Shown here piece after piece: positions 26,235-33,296 of a stretch of DNA of 34,648 nt. The position numbers and the translations under genes were made by a program. Location of the stretch: positions 1-34,648 of the IMG/VR virus record IMGVR_UViG_3300032328_000119. One strand, given 5' to 3'. Position 1 is the stretch's first letter. The number at the start of each line of letters is the position of its first letter. The notes under the pieces were generated by a model, which saw only the letters and a program-made list of their open reading frames with translations, did not search any database and had not been told where the DNA came from. Origin of the DNA: a virus (taxonomy: Duplodnaviria; Caudoviricetes).

Positions 26235-26264
26235 ATCTTAATCTACAAATCTACATTGATGCAA
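26235..26264 (-). promoter_or_regulatory. sigma70-like promoter with two TGTAGA boxes in the spacer
   Basis: Minus strand TTGCAT-18-TAAGAT; TCTACA at 26242-26247 and 26250-26255. Confidence 0.55.
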
Positions 26265-26423
26265 GTGTTTTATTTTTGTAGCATATACGCTACATTTTTT
26301 TATTAAAGTTTCATGCACTTTAACAATGAGAAAAGTTATGTAAAAAGCATAAACCTACATAAGATTCTTATAAATTTATACATATAAGTATTGATATATA
26401 TACCTATGTATTAGTCTTTAGGA

Positions 26424-26621
26424 AGGTTACTGCTCTTTCGGTGAACGAACCTAGCCTACCTAGATTCGCCTTCATCTGCTCCATCGGAGTTACAGAACCC
26501 GTCAGTCGTTCAAGGAATAGGCACTAACCTCGCCACCTATATTGTGCTGTTTCATCCTTTACCCCCAGTAGCACTATTTCTCCTAAGCCCCTGGTATGTC
26601 GTTAGAGCCTCGAACTTAGGA
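26424..26621 (-). ncRNA. Candidate structured non-coding RNA (five stems plus possible pseudoknots)
   Basis: GC-richer intergenic island with stems 26612-21/26581-90, 26570-74/26544-48, 26534-40/26517-23, 26475-96 and 26442-74; G-U pairs work on the minus strand; promoter directly upstream. Confidence 0.6.
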
Positions 26622-26627
26622 AATCGT

Positions 26628-26657
26628 ATCTTACATCACATTTCAAACTCTTTGCAA
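26628..26657 (-). promoter_or_regulatory. sigma70-like promoter for the candidate ncRNA
   Basis: Minus strand TTGCAA-18-TAAGAT; predicted start falls at the base of the first stem. Confidence 0.55.
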
Positions 26658-26953
26658 GCCCATCTGCCATTAGGCTGCTTAAACCATCCTAGAACTAGGA
26701 TCTTCCACCCAGACCGCACTAGCTCCGGCAAGAATTCAGACTCGGAGATTTTCTTAATCCTAGAGGACATATTGGATTTGCTAGTGATCTGGATGCCAAC
26801 TGTTTCCCCATTGCCAATGGCTAGGATGTCAAAAATATTGAATAAATCCTTTTTCCTTCTTGAGAAGTGATTGTAGGATTCCACTAGGTCGCACTTATAC
26901 CCCCTAGACTCCATTAGAGAGATTGTGCGAGCATTTTGGCTAACCGAGGTCAT
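26636..26953 (-). CDS. PD-(D/E)xK nuclease / Holliday-junction resolvase-like protein
   Basis: RKKDLFNIFDILAI...VGIQITS motif. Confidence 0.6.
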   Translation of the reverse strand: MTSVSQNARTISLMESRGYKCDLVESYNHFSRRKKDLFNIFDILAIGNGETVGIQITSKSNMSSRIKKISESEFLPELVRSGWKILVLGWFKQPNGRWACKEFEM

Positions 26954-27146
26954 TCTCTGTCAATCTTCCTTCTGATGCCTCTATGATCGCTGTATGCCAT
27001 TTCTTAGGGATGCCGTTCCGCATCTTCCAGGCATAGGCCGTTACATACTTAACACCGATCTTTTCGCATAGGATCTTGATAGTTCCAAATTCGGACATCA
27101 ATTTGTCAAATGAACTTGTTTGTGGCAAATTTACAACAGTATTCAT
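26940..27146 (-). CDS. Cro-like HTH regulator
   Basis: FGTIKILCEKIGVKYVTAYAWKMRNGIP...IIEASEGRL; AAGGAG SD; first gene of leftward early operon. Confidence 0.75.
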   Translation of the reverse strand: MNTVVNLPQTSSFDKLMSEFGTIKILCEKIGVKYVTAYAWKMRNGIPKKWHTAIIEASEGRLTENDLG

Positions 27147-27303
27147 ATATGCTCCTTTTGTAGACTTTTTATTCTACACCATCTAAAAACTGTGCAAAAA
27201 AGCAACACTTAATATTTATTTTTATAAAGGTGAAAAATCTCTACATTTGTGGTTTAAGATTTCTCTCAGCAGCACTTTTTAACACTCGTGAAGGAGTAGC
27301 AAA
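27147..27303. promoter_or_regulatory. Divergent early control region with TGTAGA-N8-TCTACA operator-like palindrome
   Basis: Inverted repeat at 27159-27178 overlapping a minus-strand TAGAAT -10; another TCTACA at 27240-27245 before a plus-strand TAAGAT (27255-27260). Confidence 0.6.
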
Positions 27304-27399
27304 ATGAAAGACTTTATTTTAGGTGGCATATTAGGATTTGTAATTGTAGCTTTTGTAATTACTGTGTATGGCTTTCGTATCGGTGTATATACATTATGA
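27304..27399 (+). CDS. 31-aa membrane peptide
   Basis: Below cutoff: MKDFILGGILGFVIVAFVITVYGFRIGVYTL; strong AAGGAG SD. Confidence 0.65.
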   Translation: MKDFILGGILGFVIVAFVITVYGFRIGVYTL

Positions 27400-27575
27400 G
27401 AGCCTTAATCCTGATCCTAGCGATCTCATTAGTAGGCTGTGCGCCTATCCCCATCAAACGCTATAAAACCGATGTAGTAGACCAAACGCCTTGCTATAAG
27501 ACTAATGATTGTCCTATGCAAAATCCCCCAGCGTTCTTGTTCTACAACAACTTTAACAATTCGTGGAGAAGATAA
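27396..27575 (+). CDS. Small lipoprotein, 59 aa
   Basis: Below cutoff: MRALILILAISLVG-C lipobox, then APIPIKRYK...NSWRR; ATGA-coupled. Confidence 0.65.
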   Translation: MRALILILAISLVGCAPIPIKRYKTDVVDQTPCYKTNDCPMQNPPAFLFYNNFNNSWRR

Positions 27576-27577
27576 TT

Positions 27578-27859
27578 ATGTACAACAACAATTCTTATTA
27601 TGAAGCACCATACGATGACCAGGCAGAGCAAGAGCAGTTGGATGAGCGTTTGTACGATGCAGTTAAGAATGACCCTGAGTTTGATCCTACAGATCTAGGA
27701 AACTTTGCTGAGTCTATTGGGCAAGATGTAGACGATACAGATCTACAAGAGTTTATTCGTGATTGCGTAGCAAGAAAAGACTGGGAGTCCCTAGGTCGTA
27801 AGCTGTATTACCATAGTTGGGCTTACATGGAAAAAGTAGCAGAGATCCGATTAACATAG
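27578..27859 (+). CDS. Acidic hypothetical protein
   Basis: MYNNNSYYEAPYDD...; GGAG upstream of ATG 27578. Confidence 0.65.
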   Translation: MYNNNSYYEAPYDDQAEQEQLDERLYDAVKNDPEFDPTDLGNFAESIGQDVDDTDLQEFIRDCVARKDWESLGRKLYYHSWAYMEKVAEIRLT

Positions 27860-27872
27860 TGAAGGAATCAAA

Positions 27873-28424
27873 ATGAGTAAATATTTAGAGCTTAGAAATG
27901 TAGATGTTTCTAGCAAGATAGAAAAGAAAAACAATCTTAGTTATCTGAGCTGGGCATGGGCTGTTGATACATTGTTGCAACACGACCCAGAGGCTACATG
28001 GACTTATGGTCAGCCTGTATCGTTTGGCGATACAGTAATGGTCTTTTGTACAGTAACTGCCTTTGGCAAGTCTATGACCGCCCAATTGCCTGTAATGGAC
28101 TACCGAAATAAGGCTGTGCCTAACCCTGATGCCTTTGCCGTAAATACTGCTATGCAGCGTTGTCTGGCTAAAGCAATAGCTCTACATGGTCTAGGATTAA
28201 GCCTATATGTAGGGGAAGATTTGTGGGATGATGTAGATACAGAAGATACGCTAACGGCTGATATTAAGGAAATTAGGGCAAGTAAAAGCCCTGCCGAACT
28301 CAAGGTGGCCTTTGCTCAATCTTACAAGAAATACAAGGGAAACGCTAAGTTTTTAGATGCTATCACTAACGCATACAACGAAATGAAAGCCCAATTTAAT
28401 GAAACTAGCACAGGAGCAGCCTGA
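27873..28424 (+). CDS. sak: Sak (Rad52-like, DUF1071) single-strand annealing protein
   Basis: KKNNLSYLSWAWA, LPVMDYRNK, MQRCLAKAIALHGLGLSLYVGED. Confidence 0.9.
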   Translation: MSKYLELRNVDVSSKIEKKNNLSYLSWAWAVDTLLQHDPEATWTYGQPVSFGDTVMVFCTVTAFGKSMTAQLPVMDYRNKAVPNPDAFAVNTAMQRCLAKAIALHGLGLSLYVGEDLWDDVDTEDTLTADIKEIRASKSPAELKVAFAQSYKKYKGNAKFLDAITNAYNEMKAQFNETSTGAA

Positions 28425-28596
28425 TAATGTTTGCTCCCCTTGTGGTAGCACCTGGGGAGTCCATAAACCAAAAGATCACCAATACAGAATATGGGTGGAC
28501 AAATGCGATGTATGTTTAGATTTGAGAGCCGTATGCGATGCGTCAGAATTCGGTTATTTAAAGGAAGGTTGGGATGGACAGAAAGTGGTGTGTTAG
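28399..28596 (+). CDS. Small Cys-rich (Zn-binding) protein
   Basis: CSPC...CDVC motifs. Confidence 0.55.
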   Translation: MKLAQEQPDNVCSPCGSTWGVHKPKDHQYRIWVDKCDVCLDLRAVCDASEFGYLKEGWDGQKVVC

Positions 28597-28711
28597 TTGT
28601 CAAGTTCTACGACCAGCTAGTGATTTTAAGTTGGTAAAGATTAATAAGGTAAGTAGATGGAAGTGTGGAGTTTGTTTAAAACGAGAGGCAGATAGAAAAT
28701 ATGGAAAATAA
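28574..28711 (+). CDS. Small Zn-ribbon protein, 45 aa
   Basis: Below cutoff: MDRKWCVSCQ...RWKCGVCLKREADRKYGK. Confidence 0.6.
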   Translation: MDRKWCVSCQVLRPASDFKLVKINKVSRWKCGVCLKREADRKYGK

Positions 28712-28910
28712 CTTTATTTATACCCCAAGCTCTACAGACATAGCTTTGCGCTGGAGAAAGCAGCATGGCTATATTCCAGCTAGTGAGCAAGAGTTCTACA
28801 GAAAAAAGTGGGCAGATTTTAAAGCAGAATTTGCTCGTACCTTAGACGATCAGCCCAAAAAGCTAACGCCTAGTGAAACAGTCGTTTATCAATGGAGAAA
28901 ACGAAAGTGA
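28701..28910 (+). CDS. Hypothetical protein
   Basis: YTPSSTDIALRWRK motif; overlaps neighbours. Confidence 0.6.
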   Translation: MENNFIYTPSSTDIALRWRKQHGYIPASEQEFYRKKWADFKAEFARTLDDQPKKLTPSETVVYQWRKRK

Positions 28911-29107
28911 TTAACAAAAAGTGTCTTGAGGCTTTTAATAAATTATCTGAGCCGGTATACCATCCACAAGAGTATTTCATGCTAGGATGGAACGCTGCGA
29001 TAGATGCCTTATCTGCTGAGTTCTCTCGCAAATGGGAGATGAACGAATTAGAAGATATTGATTTTATTGTTCAGCCAGAGCAAAAGCCAATGCACGATGA
29101 CGAGTGA
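28907..29107 (+). CDS. Hypothetical protein
   Basis: FMLGWNAA motif; GTGA-coupled start with GGAG SD. Confidence 0.55.
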   Translation: MINKKCLEAFNKLSEPVYHPQEYFMLGWNAAIDALSAEFSRKWEMNELEDIDFIVQPEQKPMHDDE

Positions 29108-29294
29108 ATGGTATCCTTTATGCTACCCATCAAAAAGGGATTACAAGGCTTGGCTGTATCTAAGAGATCATGCCCAAGAGGTAGTCAATATTTGCAATGA
29201 TTGCACAAAAGATTACATGGAATTAATGCAGAAACAGAACCGATGCGACCAGGCAAAGGCACAAAAACTAACTACGAATAGCAAAAAAATATGA
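29097..29294 (+). CDS. Hypothetical Cys-containing protein
   Basis: WYPLCY...ICNDCT...RC; start set at ATG 29097. Confidence 0.55.
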   Translation: MTSEWYPLCYPSKRDYKAWLYLRDHAQEVVNICNDCTKDYMELMQKQNRCDQAKAQKLTTNSKKI

Positions 29295-29449
29295 CAGATT
29301 ATTCAGAAGTTTACATAGAGATTAACCAAGTTCTTAAAAGCTACTATAACCATCAGTTAAAAAATAACCATGAACGAGCTGCTCAATCTGCAAACGAAGT
29401 AGCTACATTGGCAGAGCATTTAAAATTCTTAGCAGAGGCCAAGCTATGA
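29291..29449 (+). CDS. Hypothetical protein, 52 aa
   Basis: Below cutoff: MTDYSEVYIEINQVLKSYYN...AEAKL; ATGA overlaps at both ends. Confidence 0.6.
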   Translation: MTDYSEVYIEINQVLKSYYNHQLKNNHERAAQSANEVATLAEHLKFLAEAKL

Positions 29450-30093
29450 CCACCTTTACTACAGAGGATAGGGTAGCCGTAGAGCAGGGTACAGATGCCT
29501 GGCATCAACTTAGGCTGGGCAAGGTTACTGCTAGTCGTATGGCAGATGTGCTATCTAAGGGGAAGTCTGGAGAGTCTGCAAGTCGTACCAAATATCGTAC
29601 GGAATTGGTAGTTCAAAGGCTTACAGGATTGCCAAGCGAGTCTTTTACCAATGCTGCAATGGAATGGGGTACAAAGACCGAGCCAATGGCTAGAATTGCG
29701 TATGAGGTAGCAACAGGCAACTTTGTAGAACAAATAGCCTTTATGGATCACCCTACAATTAAGTGGTTTGGATGTAGCCCAGATGGACTTGTGGGGAATG
29801 GTCTGATTGAGATTAAGTGTCCCAATAGTAGCACCCATATTGATTATTTGATGGATGATAAACCGCCATCTAAGTATATCCCTCAGATGCAATGCCAGAT
29901 GGCTGTAACAGGGTCTAGGTGGTGCGATTTCGTATCATTTGACCCTAGGCTACCAGATGACTTGCAACTGTTTGTAACACGCCTTGAGAGGGATGATGAG
30001 TTTATCAAGGCAATGGAAGTAGAAGTAGAGAAGTTCTTAAGCGAGGTCGAAGATACATTAACTAAATTGAAAGCGAGAAAAAATGGCCTATGA
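29446..30093 (+). CDS. YqaJ / lambda-exonuclease family 5'-3' exonuclease
   Basis: QGTDAWHQLRLGKVTAS, AMEWG..TEP, GCSPDGLV, IEIKCP, YIPQMQCQM. Confidence 0.92.
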   Translation: MTTFTTEDRVAVEQGTDAWHQLRLGKVTASRMADVLSKGKSGESASRTKYRTELVVQRLTGLPSESFTNAAMEWGTKTEPMARIAYEVATGNFVEQIAFMDHPTIKWFGCSPDGLVGNGLIEIKCPNSSTHIDYLMDDKPPSKYIPQMQCQMAVTGSRWCDFVSFDPRLPDDLQLFVTRLERDDEFIKAMEVEVEKFLSEVEDTLTKLKARKNGL

Positions 30094-30343
30094 AATGAAA
30101 GATGGCAACTTTAGCCTATTCAAGAATAATCGTAAGGAAAAAGAAACACATCCTGATTATGCTGGATCAATAATGATTAACGGCAAAGAGCATTACCTTA
30201 ACGCCTGGTTAAAAGATGGCAAAAATGGTAAGTTCTTTTCGGGATCAGTCGGCAAGGAAAAACCACCTAAGGATAACTTTAAGCCTAAAGGTGCAGATGA
30301 GCTGCCAAAGAATACAATAGAGGATGACGAAGTTCCGTTTTAA
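30083..30343 (+). CDS. Small SSB-like protein
   Basis: LFKN...HPDYAG...AW...GKFFS and acidic tail DDEVPF. Confidence 0.7.
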   Translation: MAYEMKDGNFSLFKNNRKEKETHPDYAGSIMINGKEHYLNAWLKDGKNGKFFSGSVGKEKPPKDNFKPKGADELPKNTIEDDEVPF

Positions 30344-30350
30344 TTAACAG

Positions 30351-30833
30351 ATGAGATCGGCATTAACCTTCACGAAGGAGAGCCTGCACCCTTCCGATTA
30401 TGCAGGCAAACGCTTTGACCAAGCATTGCACGATAAGTATGACCCACCAGCTAGAAAAGCTGTATCCGAATGGATGAAGATGAAGTGGGGTCTAGATTGC
30501 AGGGAAAACCCTAATGTCTATGGAGTTGATCTAATCGCTTACAGAGCAAATAATCTAGTTGGCTTTGTTGAAGTTGAAGTACGGAGCTGGAACTTTTGCC
30601 ACCATCCCACCATCCATATAGCGTATCGTAAAGCAAAATTATTTCGGCAAGATCGCCCTGTTCTATTTTTTGCACTAACTCACGACTTAAGTCATGCGTA
30701 CTGGCTGAAAGCTGAGTTGGTGAAAGAGTGTCCATTGATAGAGGTCAATAATAGGGAAGTCCCTAGTGGGGAGTTCTTTTTTGATGTCCCTGTCAGTTTG
30801 TTTAAGTATGTTAATTTAACAGACCCATTTTAA
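30351..30833 (+). CDS. PD-(D/E)xK-like nuclease-fold hypothetical protein
   Basis: YGVDLI...FVEVEVR pattern; start uncertain. Confidence 0.55.
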   Translation: MRSALTFTKESLHPSDYAGKRFDQALHDKYDPPARKAVSEWMKMKWGLDCRENPNVYGVDLIAYRANNLVGFVEVEVRSWNFCHHPTIHIAYRKAKLFRQDRPVLFFALTHDLSHAYWLKAELVKECPLIEVNNREVPSGEFFFDVPVSLFKYVNLTDPF

Positions 30834-31306
30834 GATAAGTATAAAGCTCTTTCATCTTTGCGCCTGTTTGTAAGTCCTTTTAATTCTTTGCCACCAGCCT
30901 TATTCCACTTTAGAAACTCATCGGCAGCAGACTCATATTCGCCTCGATTGTGTTTCATCCGAAGGGTAGAATTTTGTAGATTACCGAGTCCAACATTGAA
31001 GGCGAAAGAAACAAGTGCGCCAAACCTACCAGGAGTAAGCCCATTAGGACATAATCGTTTAACTCCGCTTTGAAACCTATCCAAATCTTCTTCCAACAGT
31101 TTGTCCACTTCTGCCATAGAGAGAGTTCTATCCCATCCATCTGGGATTGGTAAATTTTTTCTTTCATCAAGTTTCACCTTTATATGGTTAGGGTCGATAA
31201 CTCTGCCAACTCCTACAGTCCACAGTAAAGCTGGACACCGATAAGGTCGCATTTTGCAACCTTCGTGGTGCTTAATCATGTCAATGACACGCTGATCTAA
31301 ATTCAT
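30830..31306 (-). CDS. Endolysin (GH24 lysozyme)
   Basis: IKHHEG...YRCPA..WTVGVG, ALVSFAFNVGLG, KWNKAGG..LKGLTNRRKDE. Confidence 0.92.
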   Translation of the reverse strand: MNLDQRVIDMIKHHEGCKMRPYRCPALLWTVGVGRVIDPNHIKVKLDERKNLPIPDGWDRTLSMAEVDKLLEEDLDRFQSGVKRLCPNGLTPGRFGALVSFAFNVGLGNLQNSTLRMKHNRGEYESAADEFLKWNKAGGKELKGLTNRRKDERALYLS

Positions 31307-31788
31307 TTAGATTTGAAGGCCTGCGATCCGAACCAAAAGGAAACAACGCTTGCCCAAACGATTTGTGTTTCGTTATCCCATAACATATCAAGGGCAATGC
31401 TGAAATCTACGCCAGTTTTAACGGCATAATAAAAGCCAAATACTTCTACAAAAGCAAACAAAAAGAATAGACCATAAGTAATGAATGAGCGAGTAAAGGC
31501 TCTGGCATTGATAACCCATTGAGCTGCGCCTTGACCAATAGCTATATCGTGGGCATAGAGGGCTTCACGCTCTTTCTCAGCACTTTGTATGCCAATCTGT
31601 TCAGTACGGATTTCCTCTACTCTGGCTTGGGCTACATAGCCTTCCTTGAGCATTTGTACTTCACGCTCAGTCTGCATCTTAACTAACTCTAGCTCATGTG
31701 CTTTATCTGATTTATCTTGGAAATAATCCATTAGCTTTGGCAGACCGCCAGCTAGAAAAGAAACTAAAGTAGTAAGTAAAGTAAACAT
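31303..31788 (-). CDS. Holin-like membrane protein
   Basis: Hydrophobic segments, RSFITY and SFWFGS motifs; directly upstream of endolysin. Confidence 0.6.
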   Translation of the reverse strand: MFTLLTTLVSFLAGGLPKLMDYFQDKSDKAHELELVKMQTEREVQMLKEGYVAQARVEEIRTEQIGIQSAEKEREALYAHDIAIGQGAAQWVINARAFTRSFITYGLFFLFAFVEVFGFYYAVKTGVDFSIALDMLWDNETQIVWASVVSFWFGSQAFKSK

Positions 31789-31789
31789 A

Positions 31790-31876
31790 TTAACCCCAAG
31801 TTAAGTAAATGCCAAAAGCTATCCAGGCAGATGCAACTACCCAAGCCCACATTAATACATCAAAGTCATCATTCAT
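31790..31876 (-). CDS. 28-aa Trp-rich membrane peptide
   Basis: MNDDFDVLMWAWVVASAWIAFGIYLTWG; TAATG-coupled to upstream gene. Confidence 0.5.
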   Translation of the reverse strand: MNDDFDVLMWAWVVASAWIAFGIYLTWG

Positions 31877-32328
31877 TACCACTTATATCCCCATGTGGCA
31901 TACCAAGCAATAATGGCAGCAGCTACAAAACACCAAAACTGTAGTCTTTTAATAGCCTTTAAATCGTGCTGATATGCCTCATTATCTTTTTTACGCATAT
32001 TTTCAATATCCACTTTTATCTTTAAAACCGCTTCCCACTCTTTAGCACCATGCTTTTTAACAAAGTCTATCTTTAACTTTGCTTCTTCATCGCTAATTTG
32101 TTTAGTATGTTGCCATTGTTTTAAAGCCTTGATTAATGCTTGTTCTTTTTTAAACTCTGATTCTCGTCTTGCTCGTATTCTTTCGTTTGCTTGTTTTTGT
32201 GCGACATCCAATCCATCGTGCTGTATGTTTTCAATAGACTGAGATAAGCCCTTACTTGCAGCTCTGCTTGCCTCAAGGCTGCTTGTAAGTCCTTTGACAC
32301 CTTCTGATAGTCCAAATGGGTCTGCCAC
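31876..32328 (-). CDS. Coiled-coil protein with C-terminal TM anchor
   Basis: 150 aa, charged helical body then FWCFVAAAIIAWYATW. Confidence 0.65.
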   Translation of the reverse strand: MADPFGLSEGVKGLTSSLEASRAASKGLSQSIENIQHDGLDVAQKQANERIRARRESEFKKEQALIKALKQWQHTKQISDEEAKLKIDFVKKHGAKEWEAVLKIKVDIENMRKKDNEAYQHDLKAIKRLQFWCFVAAAIIAWYATWGYKW

Positions 32329-32331
32329 ATC

Positions 32332-32514
32332 TTAGCCCACCTTAATGTGGCCTACGCCAGCAAGATAGGTTACAACGCCTATTGCTGCAACACCAATGAA
32401 CCAAAAGAATTTAGTAACTACTGATCTACCAACAGAGGTATAGACATTCTCTATAACTCTTTCAGTTACTTTCTCAACAATATCCTCAATCTCTTTTTCT
32501 GTTAAGTTAGCCAT
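32332..32514 (-). CDS. Small single-TM protein (holin/antiholin-like)
   Basis: 60 aa, acidic helix then FFWFIGVAAIGVVTYLAG. Confidence 0.6.
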   Translation of the reverse strand: MANLTEKEIEDIVEKVTERVIENVYTSVGRSVVTKFFWFIGVAAIGVVTYLAGVGHIKVG

Positions 32515-32516
32515 GA

Positions 32517-33293
32517 TTAAGTCTTAATGATAAAGTTAATACCGAGGTATGGTGGCAAGTTAGCGTTTGTGCCACTTACACCAGCAGTAGCATTAGTTGT
32601 TGCAACAGTAATTCCAGTAGAGGCTGCTGCTGTTGCTAAACCAGGACTATTGCCAGGATTAGTTAATGCAATACCAGCTCCAGCACCATTAGGTGCGCCA
32701 TTTCCTACAGAATTATGAGTATGAGTTGGATCTGTAACAGTAGATGTTGCTGTGTGGGTATGGCTTACTACTACTGCATCTGCGCTACCGCCTGTGGCTG
32801 CCAAAGTCGTACCATAAGGCATACGATTTGTATAGTTTGGCAAGTTAAATGTAGTTGATCCATCGCCTACGCCAAAAGTTGTACTAATCACCGCAAAAAG
32901 AGCAGAGTATGTAGATCTACTTACCGCAGCTCCAGCGCATAATAAATAACCAGTAGGAGCAGTTGCAGTACCCCACATATTAATAACTCCAGTAGGTACG
33001 CTATTAGCTAATGTGAAGGCAGTTGTAGCTAATTGAGTAGTATTAGTTCCAACTGATGCTGTAGGGCCTGATGGAATACCAGTAAATGTAGTTGTGCCTG
33101 TTACTGCTAGGTTTCCACCTACAGTAAAGTTATCTCCAGATGCGCCTGTCTGTTGGTCTTTTAGTTGGCTCATTAACTCACGAATAGCATTGTTAATGCC
33201 AGATGGAGCACAGCCTTCTGCAATGTTAATACTGTCTATATCCGTATTGTTAGCTGGAGTGCTATCAAATTCTGAAATCTTTGTCTTTGCCAT
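32517..33293 (-). CDS. Tail fibre protein with phage tail-collar domain
   Basis: EGCAPSGINNAIRELM N-terminus; PTGYLLCAGAAVSRSTYSALF..I...FG.GDGSTTFNLP; NLPPYLGINFIIKT. Confidence 0.85.
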   Translation of the reverse strand: MAKTKISEFDSTPANNTDIDSINIAEGCAPSGINNAIRELMSQLKDQQTGASGDNFTVGGNLAVTGTTTFTGIPSGPTASVGTNTTQLATTAFTLANSVPTGVINMWGTATAPTGYLLCAGAAVSRSTYSALFAVISTTFGVGDGSTTFNLPNYTNRMPYGTTLAATGGSADAVVVSHTHTATSTVTDPTHTHNSVGNGAPNGAGAGIALTNPGNSPGLATAAASTGITVATTNATAGVSGTNANLPPYLGINFIIKT

Positions 33294-33296
33294 TTT

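Noticed and set aside
26492-26501. ACAGAACCCG resembling the 3' conserved region of RNase P RNA
   Set aside because: No GAGGAAAGUCC partner, and the stems favour the opposite strand.
26432-26608. Hammerhead-like fragments in the structured element (CUGACG...GAAA-GAGC with GCUCUA)
   Set aside because: The core is CUGACGG rather than CUGANGA, and stem I cannot form because both flanks read AACGAC (direct, not complementary).
26544-26870. 108-aa plus-strand ORF over the ncRNA candidate and nuclease gene
   Set aside because: Antisense shadow with no SD and no protein-like motifs.
30355-30406. HDV-like/theta ribozyme interpretation of the pseudoknot
   Set aside because: No room for P3/L3, P1.1 or the catalytic J4/2 strand, and no adjacent tRNA.
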